Part shown: positions 9,957 to 19,008 of the stretch, piece after piece
How positions within the stretch are numbered: the stretch's first letter is position 1
Layout of the letters: each line of letters starts with the position of its first letter
Assembly (NCBI GenBank): GCA_003140175.1
Contig: PLJD01000015.1
Coordinates: 9,963 to 73,962 of the forward strand
Direction of reading: 5' to 3'
Source: Actinomycetota bacterium
Lineage (GTDB): Bacteria; Actinomycetota; Acidimicrobiia; IMCC26256; PALSA-555
Length of the DNA: 64,000 nucleotides
Translations under genes and position numbers: made by a program
Notes under the pieces: generated by a model
Told to the model about the DNA's origin: nothing
The model's input: the letters and a program-made list of their open reading frames with translations, nothing else
Databases searched by the model: none

Positions 9957-10657
9957 GTCCGCGTGCCCACCAGCAGCTGCACGGAGCCGCCGGTCATGGT
10001 GCGGCGGTCCAGGGCGGTGAACCCCGCCCGCGCCAGCTGGCCCGCCAGGACCTCCGGGGGCGGGAGGTAGGCCATGGAGCGGGGGAGATAGCGGTACGCG
10101 GCGGCATCCCGACCGAGCAGGCGGCCCAGCAGCGGCACCGCGCCCCGGAACCAGACCGCGTTGCCGAACCGGAAGGCCGCCTGCTCGGGGACCGCGGCGT
10201 CGAGCACCGCGAGGCGTCCGCCGGGCCGGAGGGCGCTGGCGCAGGCCGCCAGGACCGCGTCGAGGTCCACCACGTTGCGCAGCACGAACGCCGAGACGAT
10301 CCCATCGAGGCTGGCGTCGGCGACCGGCAACGCCTCGGCGTCGGCGCGCACCAGCGGCTGATCGGTGCGCGCCGCGGCGAGCATGCCCGCCGACCGGTCG
10401 GCGCCCACCGGCTCGTAGCCCGACCGGGCGAGCTCCCGGCACAGGTCGCCCGTCCCACAGCCGAGATCCAGGACCCGGGCGGTAGGAGGCAGCCCGAGGG
10501 CGCCGACCACGCGCCGTCGCCAGCGGGCGTCCTGGCCCAAGGAGATCAGCCGGTTCATGCGGTCGTAGCGGGGAGCGATCCGGTCGAACATCGTGTCCAC
10601 CGCGTGGCGCTTCGAGTCGCCCTCGGGCAGCGCCGCGGCGCGCGGGGAGCCGGTCAC
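9953..10657 (-). CDS. menG: demethylmenaquinone methyltransferase (UbiE/MenG family)
   Basis: UbiE signature FDRIAPRYDRMNRLISLGQDARWRR and SAM motif LDLGCGTGD. Confidence 0.85.
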   Translation of the reverse strand: MTGSPRAAALPEGDSKRHAVDTMFDRIAPRYDRMNRLISLGQDARWRRRVVGALGLPPTARVLDLGCGTGDLCRELARSGYEPVGADRSAGMLAAARTDQPLVRADAEALPVADASLDGIVSAFVLRNVVDLDAVLAACASALRPGGRLAVLDAAVPEQAAFRFGNAVWFRGAVPLLGRLLGRDAAAYRYLPRSMAYLPPPEVLAGQLARAGFTALDRRTMTGGSVQLLVGTRT

Positions 10658-11424
10658 GACTGGGCCTGGCGTGGGGGGGCTCCCCAGTCCGGCTCGGCGC
10701 GGGCGGCGTCGAGCTCGGCCGCCTCGCCCACGGCCTCGAGATGTTCCTGGGCGACCTCGAGCAGCACCGCCCGGAAGTGGTGCTCGACCAAGGTCGTCAC
10801 CGCGGGCAAGAGGGTCCGGAACGCCTCGACCAGGCGCTGCGCGCGGTCTTCGGCGCTGAGGTCGGCCCGCCGCAACGGCTCCCGCACGCTCGCGTCGAAC
10901 AGCTGCACCGCCTCCTCGGCGATCGCCCGCGTGCCGTCGGTGTGTCGACGGGCCAATGCGAGCAGCGGGGGCAACGGCAACCCAGCCTCCAGCAGGCGCA
11001 GACCCGCGCTCACCATCGCCACGTCCGAGGCGGCGAAGCGAGCCTCGCCGTCGCGGCTGCGGGGCACCACGAGACCCTCGAGCACCGCGGCGTCGAGGAG
11101 CGCGGCGGGCACCCCGGCGCGCGCCGCCAGCTCGTCGAGGCTGATCAGCTCGCCGGCCGCGGCCGCGGCGACCGCGGCCGCGAGCGGCTCGTCGGCGGCG
11201 TCGAGCTCACCGTCGAGCAGCCGTCGGATCACGGCCAGCGAGAAGCCGCGTCCCTGGAGCTCGCGGATCCGCTGGAGGCGAGCGACGTGCTCCGCCCCGT
11301 ACCAGGCGATCCGGCCCTCCCGGCGAGGGGGCGCTAAGAGCTGGCGCTTCTGGTAGAAGCGGATCGTGTCGACCGACGTGTCCGTATGGTGCGCCAGCTC
11401 CTCGACCCGCAGCTCCTCCTCCAT
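10654..11424 (-). CDS. MerR-family transcriptional regulator with a long C-terminal domain
   Basis: N-terminal HTH ELAHHTDTSVDTIRFYQKRQLL. The stop overlaps the menG start by 4 nt. The ORF opens at TTG 11445. I prefer ATG 11424 (MEEELRVEEL), which sits 8 nt after a TACAAT box. Confidence 0.8.
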   Translation of the reverse strand: MEEELRVEELAHHTDTSVDTIRFYQKRQLLAPPRREGRIAWYGAEHVARLQRIRELQGRGFSLAVIRRLLDGELDAADEPLAAAVAAAAAGELISLDELAARAGVPAALLDAAVLEGLVVPRSRDGEARFAASDVAMVSAGLRLLEAGLPLPPLLALARRHTDGTRAIAEEAVQLFDASVREPLRRADLSAEDRAQRLVEAFRTLLPAVTTLVEHHFRAVLLEVAQEHLEAVGEAAELDAARAEPDWGAPPRQAQS

Positions 11425-11432
11425 CACCCCCG

Positions 11433-11438
11433 ATTGTA
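11433..11438 (-). promoter_or_regulatory. candidate -10 box (TACAAT) for a leaderless MerR-menG-menF transcript
   Basis: Minus strand reads TACAATcgggggtgATG. The hexamer ends 8 nt before ATG 11424, and an AT-rich hexamer is rare in this GC background. No convincing -35. A weak ACTC-tgg-GAGT inverted repeat lies in the upstream spacer. Confidence 0.3.
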
Positions 11439-11474
11439 GGAGCAACTACTCCCAGAGTGGGAACGGGCCCGGGC

Positions 11475-12248
11475 CTACGCCGGGTCGTGCCAGACCGGGT
11501 CGCGCTTCTCGATGAAGGCGGTAGCGCCCTCGATGCCGTCGCCGCTCGCCCCGACCTCACCCGCCGCGGCCATGGTGAGACGCCATCCCTCGGCTTCGGA
11601 CACGTCGACCGCCTGACGGACCAGGCGTCGGGTGACCCGCACCGCGATCGGGGAGTTGCGGGCGATGCGCTCGGCGAGGGCCACGGCCTCGTCGACGACC
11701 CGCTCGACGGGCACGATCCGGTTGACGAGGCCGAGCTGATAGGCGCGCTCAGCGGTGATCGTGTCGCCGGTCATCCCGATCTCCAGCGCGACCGCCAGCG
11801 GGACGCGCTTAGCGAGCCGGATCGGACCGCCCGCCGCGGCGAGGAGACCACGGGACGCCTCGGGCAGCCCGAAAGCGCTGTCCGTCGCCGCGACCACCAG
11901 GTCACAGGACAAGACGAGCTCGAAACCACCCGCGACGGCCAGACCATTCACCGCGGCGATCACCGGCTTCGGGAAGTCGCGCTGCGCGAGGCCCGCGAAG
12001 CCGCCCCGCTTGGTCATGATCCCCGCCCCACCCCCGCCCGCGAGCACCCGGAGGTCCGCGCCGGCGCAGAACACCGACCCGGCCCCGGTGATCACGACCG
12101 CGGCCACGGCGGGGTCGCCCTCCACGTCGTCGAGGGCGGCCTCGATGGCCGCGGAGAGCTCCGGGTTCATCGCGTTGCGGGCTGCGGGACGGTTAAGACG
12201 CAGCAGTTCGACGGCGTCTCGACGCTCGCGTTCGAGGATGTCGCTCAT
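11475..12248 (-). CDS. enoyl-CoA hydratase/isomerase family protein
   Basis: Crotonase motifs GSVFCAGADL and AAVNGLAVAGGFELVLSCD. Confidence 0.85.
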   Translation of the reverse strand: MSDILERERRDAVELLRLNRPAARNAMNPELSAAIEAALDDVEGDPAVAAVVITGAGSVFCAGADLRVLAGGGGAGIMTKRGGFAGLAQRDFPKPVIAAVNGLAVAGGFELVLSCDLVVAATDSAFGLPEASRGLLAAAGGPIRLAKRVPLAVALEIGMTGDTITAERAYQLGLVNRIVPVERVVDEAVALAERIARNSPIAVRVTRRLVRQAVDVSEAEGWRLTMAAAGEVGASGDGIEGATAFIEKRDPVWHDPA

Positions 12249-12309
12249 GCGACGGCCACGCTACCGGCCAGCGGCCCCGTCGGCGATGGGCTCGGCGCGA
12301 CCGTGACGT

Positions 12310-12987
12310 CTATTCCTCGAGGTCGTCGACTCGAGGCTGGAATATGGGGGCGAACACCAAACGATCGGGATCGGGCGCGCCCGTCCAGTCATAGCCCCGG
12401 ATCTGGGCGACGCTCCGCCGCCCCGTCAACGCCCGCAGGAGGTCGAAGCGCGCCACGCGCACCGAGGTGACGGCCGGCGGTTCCCCGACCACCCGCGACC
12501 CGCCGGCGCAGACCAGCTCCAAGGCGTCTCGGTTCTCCGCCCGGTCCCGCACGTCGAGCATCCCCGTCGCCCACTCGTACGCACACGTCGACGCGGCCGA
12601 GTCGCGGCCGCCCGGCACCGCGAACGCACCCCGCAGGTCCTGTTCGTGGGTCCAAGCGTCGAACAGCAACTGGCCGAACGTCCCCGGCGGCGCGGCGTCG
12701 ATCAGCGCGTCGACCGCGTCGCCGTGGCGTTCCCAGTCCGCGAACAGTGTCTCGATGTCCCACGCGCGGCGCTTGTCCACCTGGACCGCGGTCCAGTCGT
12801 CGGTGGCGACGCCATCGAGGTTGTCGTGCACGACGTCGTCCGACACCCCAGCCAGGTGCGCGACGACATCGCGGGCTCGCCAGGCCGGTGCTGCCGGCAC
12901 CGGCTCATCGAGCCCCTCGGTGTGCGCCCGAGCCAAGCCCAGCACCTCGGTGCGCAGGTCGCGGTAAGCAGCAGCGTCGGAAGTCAT
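12310..12987 (-). CDS. DinB-like / mycothiol-dependent maleylpyruvate isomerase family protein
   Basis: Starts at MTSDAAAYRDLRTEV (ATG 12987). The N-terminal helical region contains VVAHLAGV, and the overall pattern recalls the MDMPI_N/TIGR03083-type family. Recognised from memory only. Confidence 0.6.
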   Translation of the reverse strand: MTSDAAAYRDLRTEVLGLARAHTEGLDEPVPAAPAWRARDVVAHLAGVSDDVVHDNLDGVATDDWTAVQVDKRRAWDIETLFADWERHGDAVDALIDAAPPGTFGQLLFDAWTHEQDLRGAFAVPGGRDSAASTCAYEWATGMLDVRDRAENRDALELVCAGGSRVVGEPPAVTSVRVARFDLLRALTGRRSVAQIRGYDWTGAPDPDRLVFAPIFQPRVDDLEE

Positions 12988-13239
12988 CGCGACAGTCTGT
13001 CCCGGCGAGGCTCGACCCGCCCACGCGGCGCAGAGCACGGTTGGCGTTCCTCGAACCAGTTCGACGCCGCTCCGCACCACTGCGGCCCAGGGGCCGGGAA
13101 GATCGGACGCGTCCGATGGATGGCCCGACGCCCCAATTCCCCCCGTGGACGACCTCGGACCGCTCCCAGTACCGTGGATCGACGGTGGCGGGCATCAGCG
13201 CCCGTCCCGCGGGCTTCTCACACCAGATAAGGACTGCCG

Positions 13240-14214
13240 ATGTCTGTGCGCGACGAGGTCGCGCTGCCTCCTCAGGAACTGATCATCCGGGTCGGCGACG
13301 ATCCCGGGGACACCGTCGCCGAGTACCACGCCATCGGGGGCCGCCACCGCAAGCTCCTCGAGTCCTACTTGCCTCCAGACTGGGTGTGGTCCGACAAGAC
13401 CTACCTCGACTGGGGCGCCGGGGCAGGACGACTCGTCCGGCACTTCCTCGCCGAAGCGGAGACCAATCGGATCATCGGCGCGGACATCCACGAGCCGAGC
13501 GTTCAGTGGATCCGTGACCATCTCGCCCCGGTCGAGAGTGTCCTCGTCCACGAGGAGCCGGGAATCGATCTCGTCGCCAACAGCGTCGACTTTGTTAGCG
13601 GCTTCTCGGTGATGACCCACATCACCGACCATTGGGCCGGCTGGTTGCTCGAGATCCGCCGGGTGCTTCGGCCCGGCGGCCTGGCCCTGCTCTCCTTCTG
13701 CGGAGAAGCGATGATCCCCGTCCTCCTCGACGGCACCGAGCAGATCGACGACCTGGGGATGCTCGTCGTCAAGTACGGGAACCCGTGGCGCTTCGGCGGC
13801 CCGACGGTCCTGCACTCACCCTGGTGGATCCGCGCCCACTGGGGCCGCGCCTTCGACATCGTGCGGATCGATTCCGCTGCACTGCAGGGCGTCAAGACCG
13901 GTCACGACCTTGCCCTCTTGCAGAAGCCGTTCAGCGCACCAGCCTCCATCGAGGACCTCGAGGCGGTCGATCCAAGCGATGCCCGTGAGACGCGCGGGAC
14001 GATGACCGCGTTTCGCCACGCGCGGGCCGAGCTCTGCGAAGTGCGGGGCGACTACGAGGTCGCACGCGAGGAGGCCTATCACCAGCGCCTGCTCGCCGAA
14101 GATCGTGCACTCAAGCTTCACGTCGTCCAAACCAGCCACAGCTGGAAGATCACCCGGCCCCTCCGCGCGTTGACGAGCCGCTTCAATCCGACCGATGGAT
14201 GGAAGTTGGACTGA
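13240..14214 (+). CDS. class I SAM-dependent methyltransferase with C-terminal coiled-coil tail
   Basis: SAM motif I YLDWGAGAGR and post-I IIGADI. The C-terminal ~80 aa are heptad-like (RHARAELCEVRGDYEVAREEAYHQRLLAEDRALKL) and end in SWKITRPLRAL. Confidence 0.8.
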   Translation: MSVRDEVALPPQELIIRVGDDPGDTVAEYHAIGGRHRKLLESYLPPDWVWSDKTYLDWGAGAGRLVRHFLAEAETNRIIGADIHEPSVQWIRDHLAPVESVLVHEEPGIDLVANSVDFVSGFSVMTHITDHWAGWLLEIRRVLRPGGLALLSFCGEAMIPVLLDGTEQIDDLGMLVVKYGNPWRFGGPTVLHSPWWIRAHWGRAFDIVRIDSAALQGVKTGHDLALLQKPFSAPASIEDLEAVDPSDARETRGTMTAFRHARAELCEVRGDYEVAREEAYHQRLLAEDRALKLHVVQTSHSWKITRPLRALTSRFNPTDGWKLD

Positions 14215-14505
14215 GCGCGCCTGGTCGCCCGATGGCCTCTCGATCCGACGTGTCCCCGCACCGCAGGGAGTCGAATGCCGACCGAGCTTCGCTAACCCAC
14301 CCCGCGGCGCCCGGTGAACCCCGGGATCGGACATCGCTACCGGCGCGGCGGAACCCTCATCGGACGGCTGGATGCATCGTCTCGCACGTTGGCGCGCCGG
14401 CCCGTCGCATCGCCGACTCCAACCCCGAGTGGTGAGGCCTTCGCCGAGGCAGCACCGCACGGGTACGCTTCGCGTCGACCCCGCATCACCGAGCACCAAG
14501 AGCGC

Positions 14506-15105
14506 ATGACATTCTCCCGGGATTTCCTCAACGAGACGGTCGACATTCTGGCTGCCATACCGGACGCCGACGTCGAAGCAGTCGTCGAGGTCATTCGGTC
14601 GACCCGCGACCGAGGCGGACGCCTCTTCTTCTGTGGCTCTGGTGGCGGTGCGGGCCATGCCTCGCACGCCTCCTGCGACTTCCGGAAGTTAGCCGGGATC
14701 GAGTCGTACTCGGTGACGGACAACGTGTCGGAACTCACGGCTCGGATCAACGACGACGGCTGGGATACGTCGTATGCCGATTGGCTGGTTGCCTCTCGGC
14801 TCGGCGACCGGGACTGCATCTTCGTCTTCTCGGTCGGCGGGGGAGACGAGACCCACCAGATCAGCTCGAACCTGATCGCTGTGATGCGTCTGGCCAAGCG
14901 TGTCGGTGCCTCCCTGGTGGGTGTTGTCGGGAGAGACGGGGGCGTGCTCCGCCAGATGGCCGATGCGAGCATCGTGATCCCACAACTCAACCCTAAGCAT
15001 GTGACGCCGCAAACCGAGGGACTCCAAGCGTTGCTTTGGCACCTGATCGTCTCGCATCCAGCACTGGATCACGCGGTTGCGAAATGGGAATCGGTGTCGA
15101 GCTGA
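14506..15105 (+). CDS. gmhA: SIS-domain sedoheptulose-7-phosphate isomerase
   Basis: Starts at MTFSRDFLNETVD (ATG 14506). SIS blocks FFCGSGGGAGHASH and IFVFSVGGG. About 199 aa, as for GmhA. Lies with hddA/hddC/gmhB. Confidence 0.72.
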   Translation: MTFSRDFLNETVDILAAIPDADVEAVVEVIRSTRDRGGRLFFCGSGGGAGHASHASCDFRKLAGIESYSVTDNVSELTARINDDGWDTSYADWLVASRLGDRDCIFVFSVGGGDETHQISSNLIAVMRLAKRVGASLVGVVGRDGGVLRQMADASIVIPQLNPKHVTPQTEGLQALLWHLIVSHPALDHAVAKWESVSS

Positions 15106-15178
15106 TCGCGACCGCGCTTCAAGGGTCCCGTTGCGCCAGACAGTCGACCGCTGCATGCCGCGCGTAGCATCCCGCCCG

Positions 15179-16159
15179 ATGCGGGTTGTCGTCACAGGTG
15201 GCGCGGGATTTATCGGATCCAATCTCGTCGACGCGCTCCTGAGTGACGGGCATCACGTCGTCGTCGTCGACAACTTCTCGACCGGTGTGGTGGACAACCT
15301 GCACCGGGCTACCCAAACTCGCCGCTGTCAGATCGTCGAGGGTGATCTTCTCGACACAACTCTGGTCGCCGACGCGGTACGTGGAGCCGACGCCGTGTTT
15401 CACCTCGCGGCCAATGCCGACGTGCGCTTCGGATGGAACCATCCGTGGCGCGATCTCGAGCAGAACGTCGCCGCGACGATCAACGTTCTCGAGGCTGCCC
15501 GAGCCTCGGACGTGCGCCGAGTCCTGTTCTCCTCCACGGGCTCGGTCTACGGAGAAGCGCAAGTTATTCCGACCCTCGAGGACGCGGCGTTTCCGCAGCA
15601 GACGTCGCTGTACGGGGCGTCGAAGCTCGCCGCCGAGGGGTACCTCGGCGCGTATGCCGAAGCGGGGCACCTGAGCGTGACCGTGTTCCGATTCGTGTCC
15701 GTCCTCGGCCCCCGGTACTCGCACGGCCACGTCATCGACTTCGTGCGCCAGCTCGCCCGAGACCCCGCTCGGCTCCACATCCTGGGCGACGGCACCCAGC
15801 GGAAGAGTTACCTCGATGTCGACGACTGTGTCGCGGCGATGCGCCTGTGCCTGCCGCGAGACCCGCGCTTCGAAGTCTTCAACCTCGGCGTGGATTCGTA
15901 TTGCACGACCACCGAATCGGCCACCTGGATCTGCGAGCGGATGGGTGCGAAGCCCGAGGTTCGATTCGGCGGCGGCGATCGCGGATGGATCGGGGACAAC
16001 CCCTTCATCTTCCTGGACACGACGCGTATCCGGTCCCTGGGATGGGCCCATCGCCGCTCAATCCGGGAGGCGGTGGAGCGAACGGTCGACGACCTGCTCG
16101 CCCACCCCGCCCGACTCGACGCCCCGGCCGAGGATCGGGCCGCTGCGTCCGAGATCTGA
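15179..16159 (+). CDS. NAD-dependent nucleotide-sugar epimerase/dehydratase (extended SDR)
   Basis: Starts at MRVVVTGGAGFIGSNL (ATG 15179). Catalytic YxxxK in SLYGASKLAAE. Confidence 0.85.
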   Translation: MRVVVTGGAGFIGSNLVDALLSDGHHVVVVDNFSTGVVDNLHRATQTRRCQIVEGDLLDTTLVADAVRGADAVFHLAANADVRFGWNHPWRDLEQNVAATINVLEAARASDVRRVLFSSTGSVYGEAQVIPTLEDAAFPQQTSLYGASKLAAEGYLGAYAEAGHLSVTVFRFVSVLGPRYSHGHVIDFVRQLARDPARLHILGDGTQRKSYLDVDDCVAAMRLCLPRDPRFEVFNLGVDSYCTTTESATWICERMGAKPEVRFGGGDRGWIGDNPFIFLDTTRIRSLGWAHRRSIREAVERTVDDLLAHPARLDAPAEDRAAASEI

Positions 16160-16411
16160 GATTCTCCGATTGTCTCGTCCCGCGCGACACCCCACGGCGG
16201 AGCGCCACCGGGTCCGCCGGGTGGTGGGGCACGCCCAGCGGCCGGCGTTGCCCGCCTCGCGGTCCCCGGACCAAGATTCGGTGATGCACCAGCCACGGCG
16301 GTCGCGTGAGGACGCCGCGACCGGTCCGAACGCCACGGCCGGGGCAGGACCTTCGAACGACGATCCGGGGGTTGATGCCCTCGTGGGTCGCGAGTCGAGT
16401 CGACGACGCTC

Positions 16412-17383
16412 GTGATCATCACGCGAACGCCACTTCGGATCTCGCTGGGGGGCGGCGGCACCGACCTCCCCAGCTACTACCGTCAAGCTGGCGGCGGTTT
16501 CCTCATCGCCGCTGCCATCTCGAAGTATGTGTTCATCGCCATCAACGACAACTTCGAAGACACCATCCTGCTGAAGTACTCAGAAGTCGAGCGCGTCGGT
16601 GACGCCTCGAGCATTCAGCACCCATTGCTCCGCGAAGCGGTGCTCCTCAGCGGCATCCATCACGGCATCGAGATCTCGGCGATGGCAGACATCCCGGCGG
16701 GCACCGGGCTGGGCTCATCGGGGTCGTTCACGGTCGGGCTCGTGCGCGCTCTGCGTGCTTACCAGCACCAGAGCGTCTCGAACGTTGAGCTGGCCGAGGA
16801 CGCGTGCCATATCGAGATCGACCGACTCGGGGAGCCGATCGGCAAGCAGGACCAGTACATTTCGGCGGTGGGCGGTATTGCTGCCTTCGAGTTCCGACCC
16901 GACGAGCAGGTCGCGGTCAGCCCGGTCCGACTCTCGAGTTCGAGCCGACACGCCGTCGAGGAGAACCTGCTCCTCTTCTACACCGGGATCCGACGGTCTG
17001 CCTCGGAGATGCTCGCGGTCGAACAGATGCCCGGCGCCAACGTCAACGACAACCTGGACGCGGTGAAGCACCTTGGACACCAGGCTCATGAAGCGTTGGA
17101 ATCGGACGACCTGGAGCGGTTCGGTGCTCTCTTGAGCGACCAGTGGGCCCTCAAGTTCAAGCGCTCGCCTGGCGAAGCCCATCGCGAGATCGACGGCTGG
17201 ATCCGAGAAGGCATCGAGGCGGGTGCCGCCGGCGGCAAGCTTGTGGGTGCGGGCGGCGGAGGCTTTCTCCTCTTCTACGCCGAACACAAAGCTGATCTGC
17301 GCGCCGCGATGGCCGCCCGCGGCCTGGAAGAGGTTCGCTTCCGAATTGACTATGAAGGCTCAGCGACCATCGTTTCGCAATAG
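16412..17383 (+). CDS. hddA: GHMP-family D-glycero-alpha-D-manno-heptose-7-phosphate kinase
   Basis: GHMP motif PAGTGLGSSGS and C-terminal GAGGGGFLLFY. GTG start. Immediately followed (2-nt gap) by the nucleotidyltransferase. Confidence 0.78.
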   Translation: MIITRTPLRISLGGGGTDLPSYYRQAGGGFLIAAAISKYVFIAINDNFEDTILLKYSEVERVGDASSIQHPLLREAVLLSGIHHGIEISAMADIPAGTGLGSSGSFTVGLVRALRAYQHQSVSNVELAEDACHIEIDRLGEPIGKQDQYISAVGGIAAFEFRPDEQVAVSPVRLSSSSRHAVEENLLLFYTGIRRSASEMLAVEQMPGANVNDNLDAVKHLGHQAHEALESDDLERFGALLSDQWALKFKRSPGEAHREIDGWIREGIEAGAAGGKLVGAGGGGFLLFYAEHKADLRAAMAARGLEEVRFRIDYEGSATIVSQ

Positions 17384-17385
17384 CG

Positions 17386-18090
17386 ATGCTGCCAGTCCTC
17401 GTCCTTTGCGGTGGCTCCGGGACCCGGCTTCGGGACGTCACGCAGGGGATTGTCCCGAAGGCGATGGTCCCAGTCGCAGGCCGTCCATTCATCGACTGGA
17501 AGCTGGAGCAGCTGTCCGACCAGGGCCTGGAGGAGGTCGTGCTGTCGGTGGGACTCGGCGGCAAGCAGATTGTTTCGCACGTGCGCGACGGCGCGCAGTT
17601 CGGCGTACGGGCGCGCTACGTCGACGACGGGCAGGAGCTTCTCGGAACGGGAGGAGCGGTCGTCGCCGCGCTCCCGTCTCTTCCGGACGCCTTCTGGATC
17701 ACCTACGGTGACACGATGCTGGAGGTGAACGCGGCTGATGCCGAGTTGCGCTTTCAGGAGTCTCAAAAGCTCGGGGCGATGACCGTGTTGCACAACCGCG
17801 ATCGCCGGCAACCGAGCAACGCGACCGTCGTCGGCGACCTTGTCACCGCCTATCGAAAAGAACCACCGCCGCGTGATGCCGAATACATCGACTACGGGAT
17901 GCTCGTCTTGACGAGGGCGGCATTTGACGACGCGTCTCGCCAGACCCCGTTCGACTTGGCAAGCGTGCTGGGTCCCCTAGCGGCGCGCGGTGAGCTGCTG
18001 GCGATCGTTGCGCACGAGCCGTTTCACGACATTGGGACGCCCGAAGCGCTGCGGGACACTGAGGCGTTCCTGACCGGCCGCCGGACCTGA
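17386..18090 (+). CDS. hddC: D-glycero-alpha-D-manno-heptose-1-phosphate guanylyltransferase-type nucleotidyltransferase
   Basis: N-terminal LVLCGGSGTRLR (GGxGTRL). Short 234-aa NTP-transferase. Paired with the GHMP kinase. Confidence 0.75.
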   Translation: MLPVLVLCGGSGTRLRDVTQGIVPKAMVPVAGRPFIDWKLEQLSDQGLEEVVLSVGLGGKQIVSHVRDGAQFGVRARYVDDGQELLGTGGAVVAALPSLPDAFWITYGDTMLEVNAADAELRFQESQKLGAMTVLHNRDRRQPSNATVVGDLVTAYRKEPPPRDAEYIDYGMLVLTRAAFDDASRQTPFDLASVLGPLAARGELLAIVAHEPFHDIGTPEALRDTEAFLTGRRT

Positions 18091-18126
18091 GAGCGACCGG
18101 TTGATCCCCCCGACGAGCGGTACGCC

Positions 18127-19008
18127 ATGAGATGCAAGATCTGCCAGTCCGAGATGCGAGACGTCGGCACGAAGGTCTCCGCCCAGACGGAGCGGGTGTT
18201 CAATCTCGCTCACTGTGAGGTATGCCAGTTCTCCTGCGTCTCCAATCCACGTGTTGACTTCGAGCAGATCTACGACGAGGCCTACTACCGAGGTGAGGGA
18301 GCCGATCCCTCGGTCTCGTACGAGACCGAGGCGGGTGATCCGCGCACGAGTCGCCGGTATGAGTGGCGCGGCATGCTGCGCGTCGTCCAGTCGGTGCGCC
18401 CAGTCGGTGAAGAAACAGAATGGCTCGACTTTGGCTGCGGCTTAGGGGGCTTCGTCGAATACCTCCGCGCGCACGGCTTCCGCCGGGCGGTCGGCCACGA
18501 CGAAGGGTATGCCGCCCGGCGAGTGGAGACGCTGAACATCCCTAGTCTCAGCGCCCGCGACCTCGACTCAGCGAACGGCCGCTTCGACGTCATCACGGCG
18601 ATCGAGGTCTTGGAGCACGCCCTCGATCCCCTCGCGGTACTCCGCCAGATGTGCTCGGCGTTGAAGCCAGGCGGGGTCTTGGTCCTCACGACCGGCAATG
18701 CGAAGCCGTATCGCGACAAGCTCACTGCCTGGTCGTACGTCGTGCCAGATGTCCACGTCAGCTTCTTCGAGCCCGAGACGTTAGCCCGCGCCATGCGGCT
18801 CGCCGGACTCACTCCCGAACATCGGGGACACTCGCCTGGTTGGACGGACATCATCCGCTACAAGGTCTTGAAATCGCTGCACGTCCAGCGGCAGAGCTGG
18901 TCCGAGGCGATCGTGCCCTGGCCGGTCGTCGCCCGGATCGTGGATTGGCGTCTCGGGGTATCCGCTCAGCCCGTGGGTTCTCGCGGTGACGAGGACAGCT
19001 CCGCTTGA
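18127..19008 (+). CDS. class I SAM-dependent methyltransferase with N-terminal zinc-ribbon
   Basis: CKIC...CEVC at the N-terminus. SAM motif LDFGCGLGG. Motif IEVLEHALDP. Confidence 0.8.
   Translation: MRCKICQSEMRDVGTKVSAQTERVFNLAHCEVCQFSCVSNPRVDFEQIYDEAYYRGEGADPSVSYETEAGDPRTSRRYEWRGMLRVVQSVRPVGEETEWLDFGCGLGGFVEYLRAHGFRRAVGHDEGYAARRVETLNIPSLSARDLDSANGRFDVITAIEVLEHALDPLAVLRQMCSALKPGGVLVLTTGNAKPYRDKLTAWSYVVPDVHVSFFEPETLARAMRLAGLTPEHRGHSPGWTDIIRYKVLKSLHVQRQSWSEAIVPWPVVARIVDWRLGVSAQPVGSRGDEDSSA

Noticed and set aside
14215-14505. 291-nt gap before gmhA, and the 252-nt gap at 16160..16411, considered as sites of small RNAs or riboswitches
   Set aside because: I recognised no conserved riboswitch core or stable extended structure by eye. 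The short ORFs there are Arg/Pro-rich shadows. Left as plain intergenic or promoter regions.
16205-16230. Imperfect hairpin ccaccgggtccgccgggtgg downstream of the epimerase gene
   Set aside because: Only 5+2 bp can pair, with a bulge. There is no T tract. Too weak to call a terminator or attenuator.
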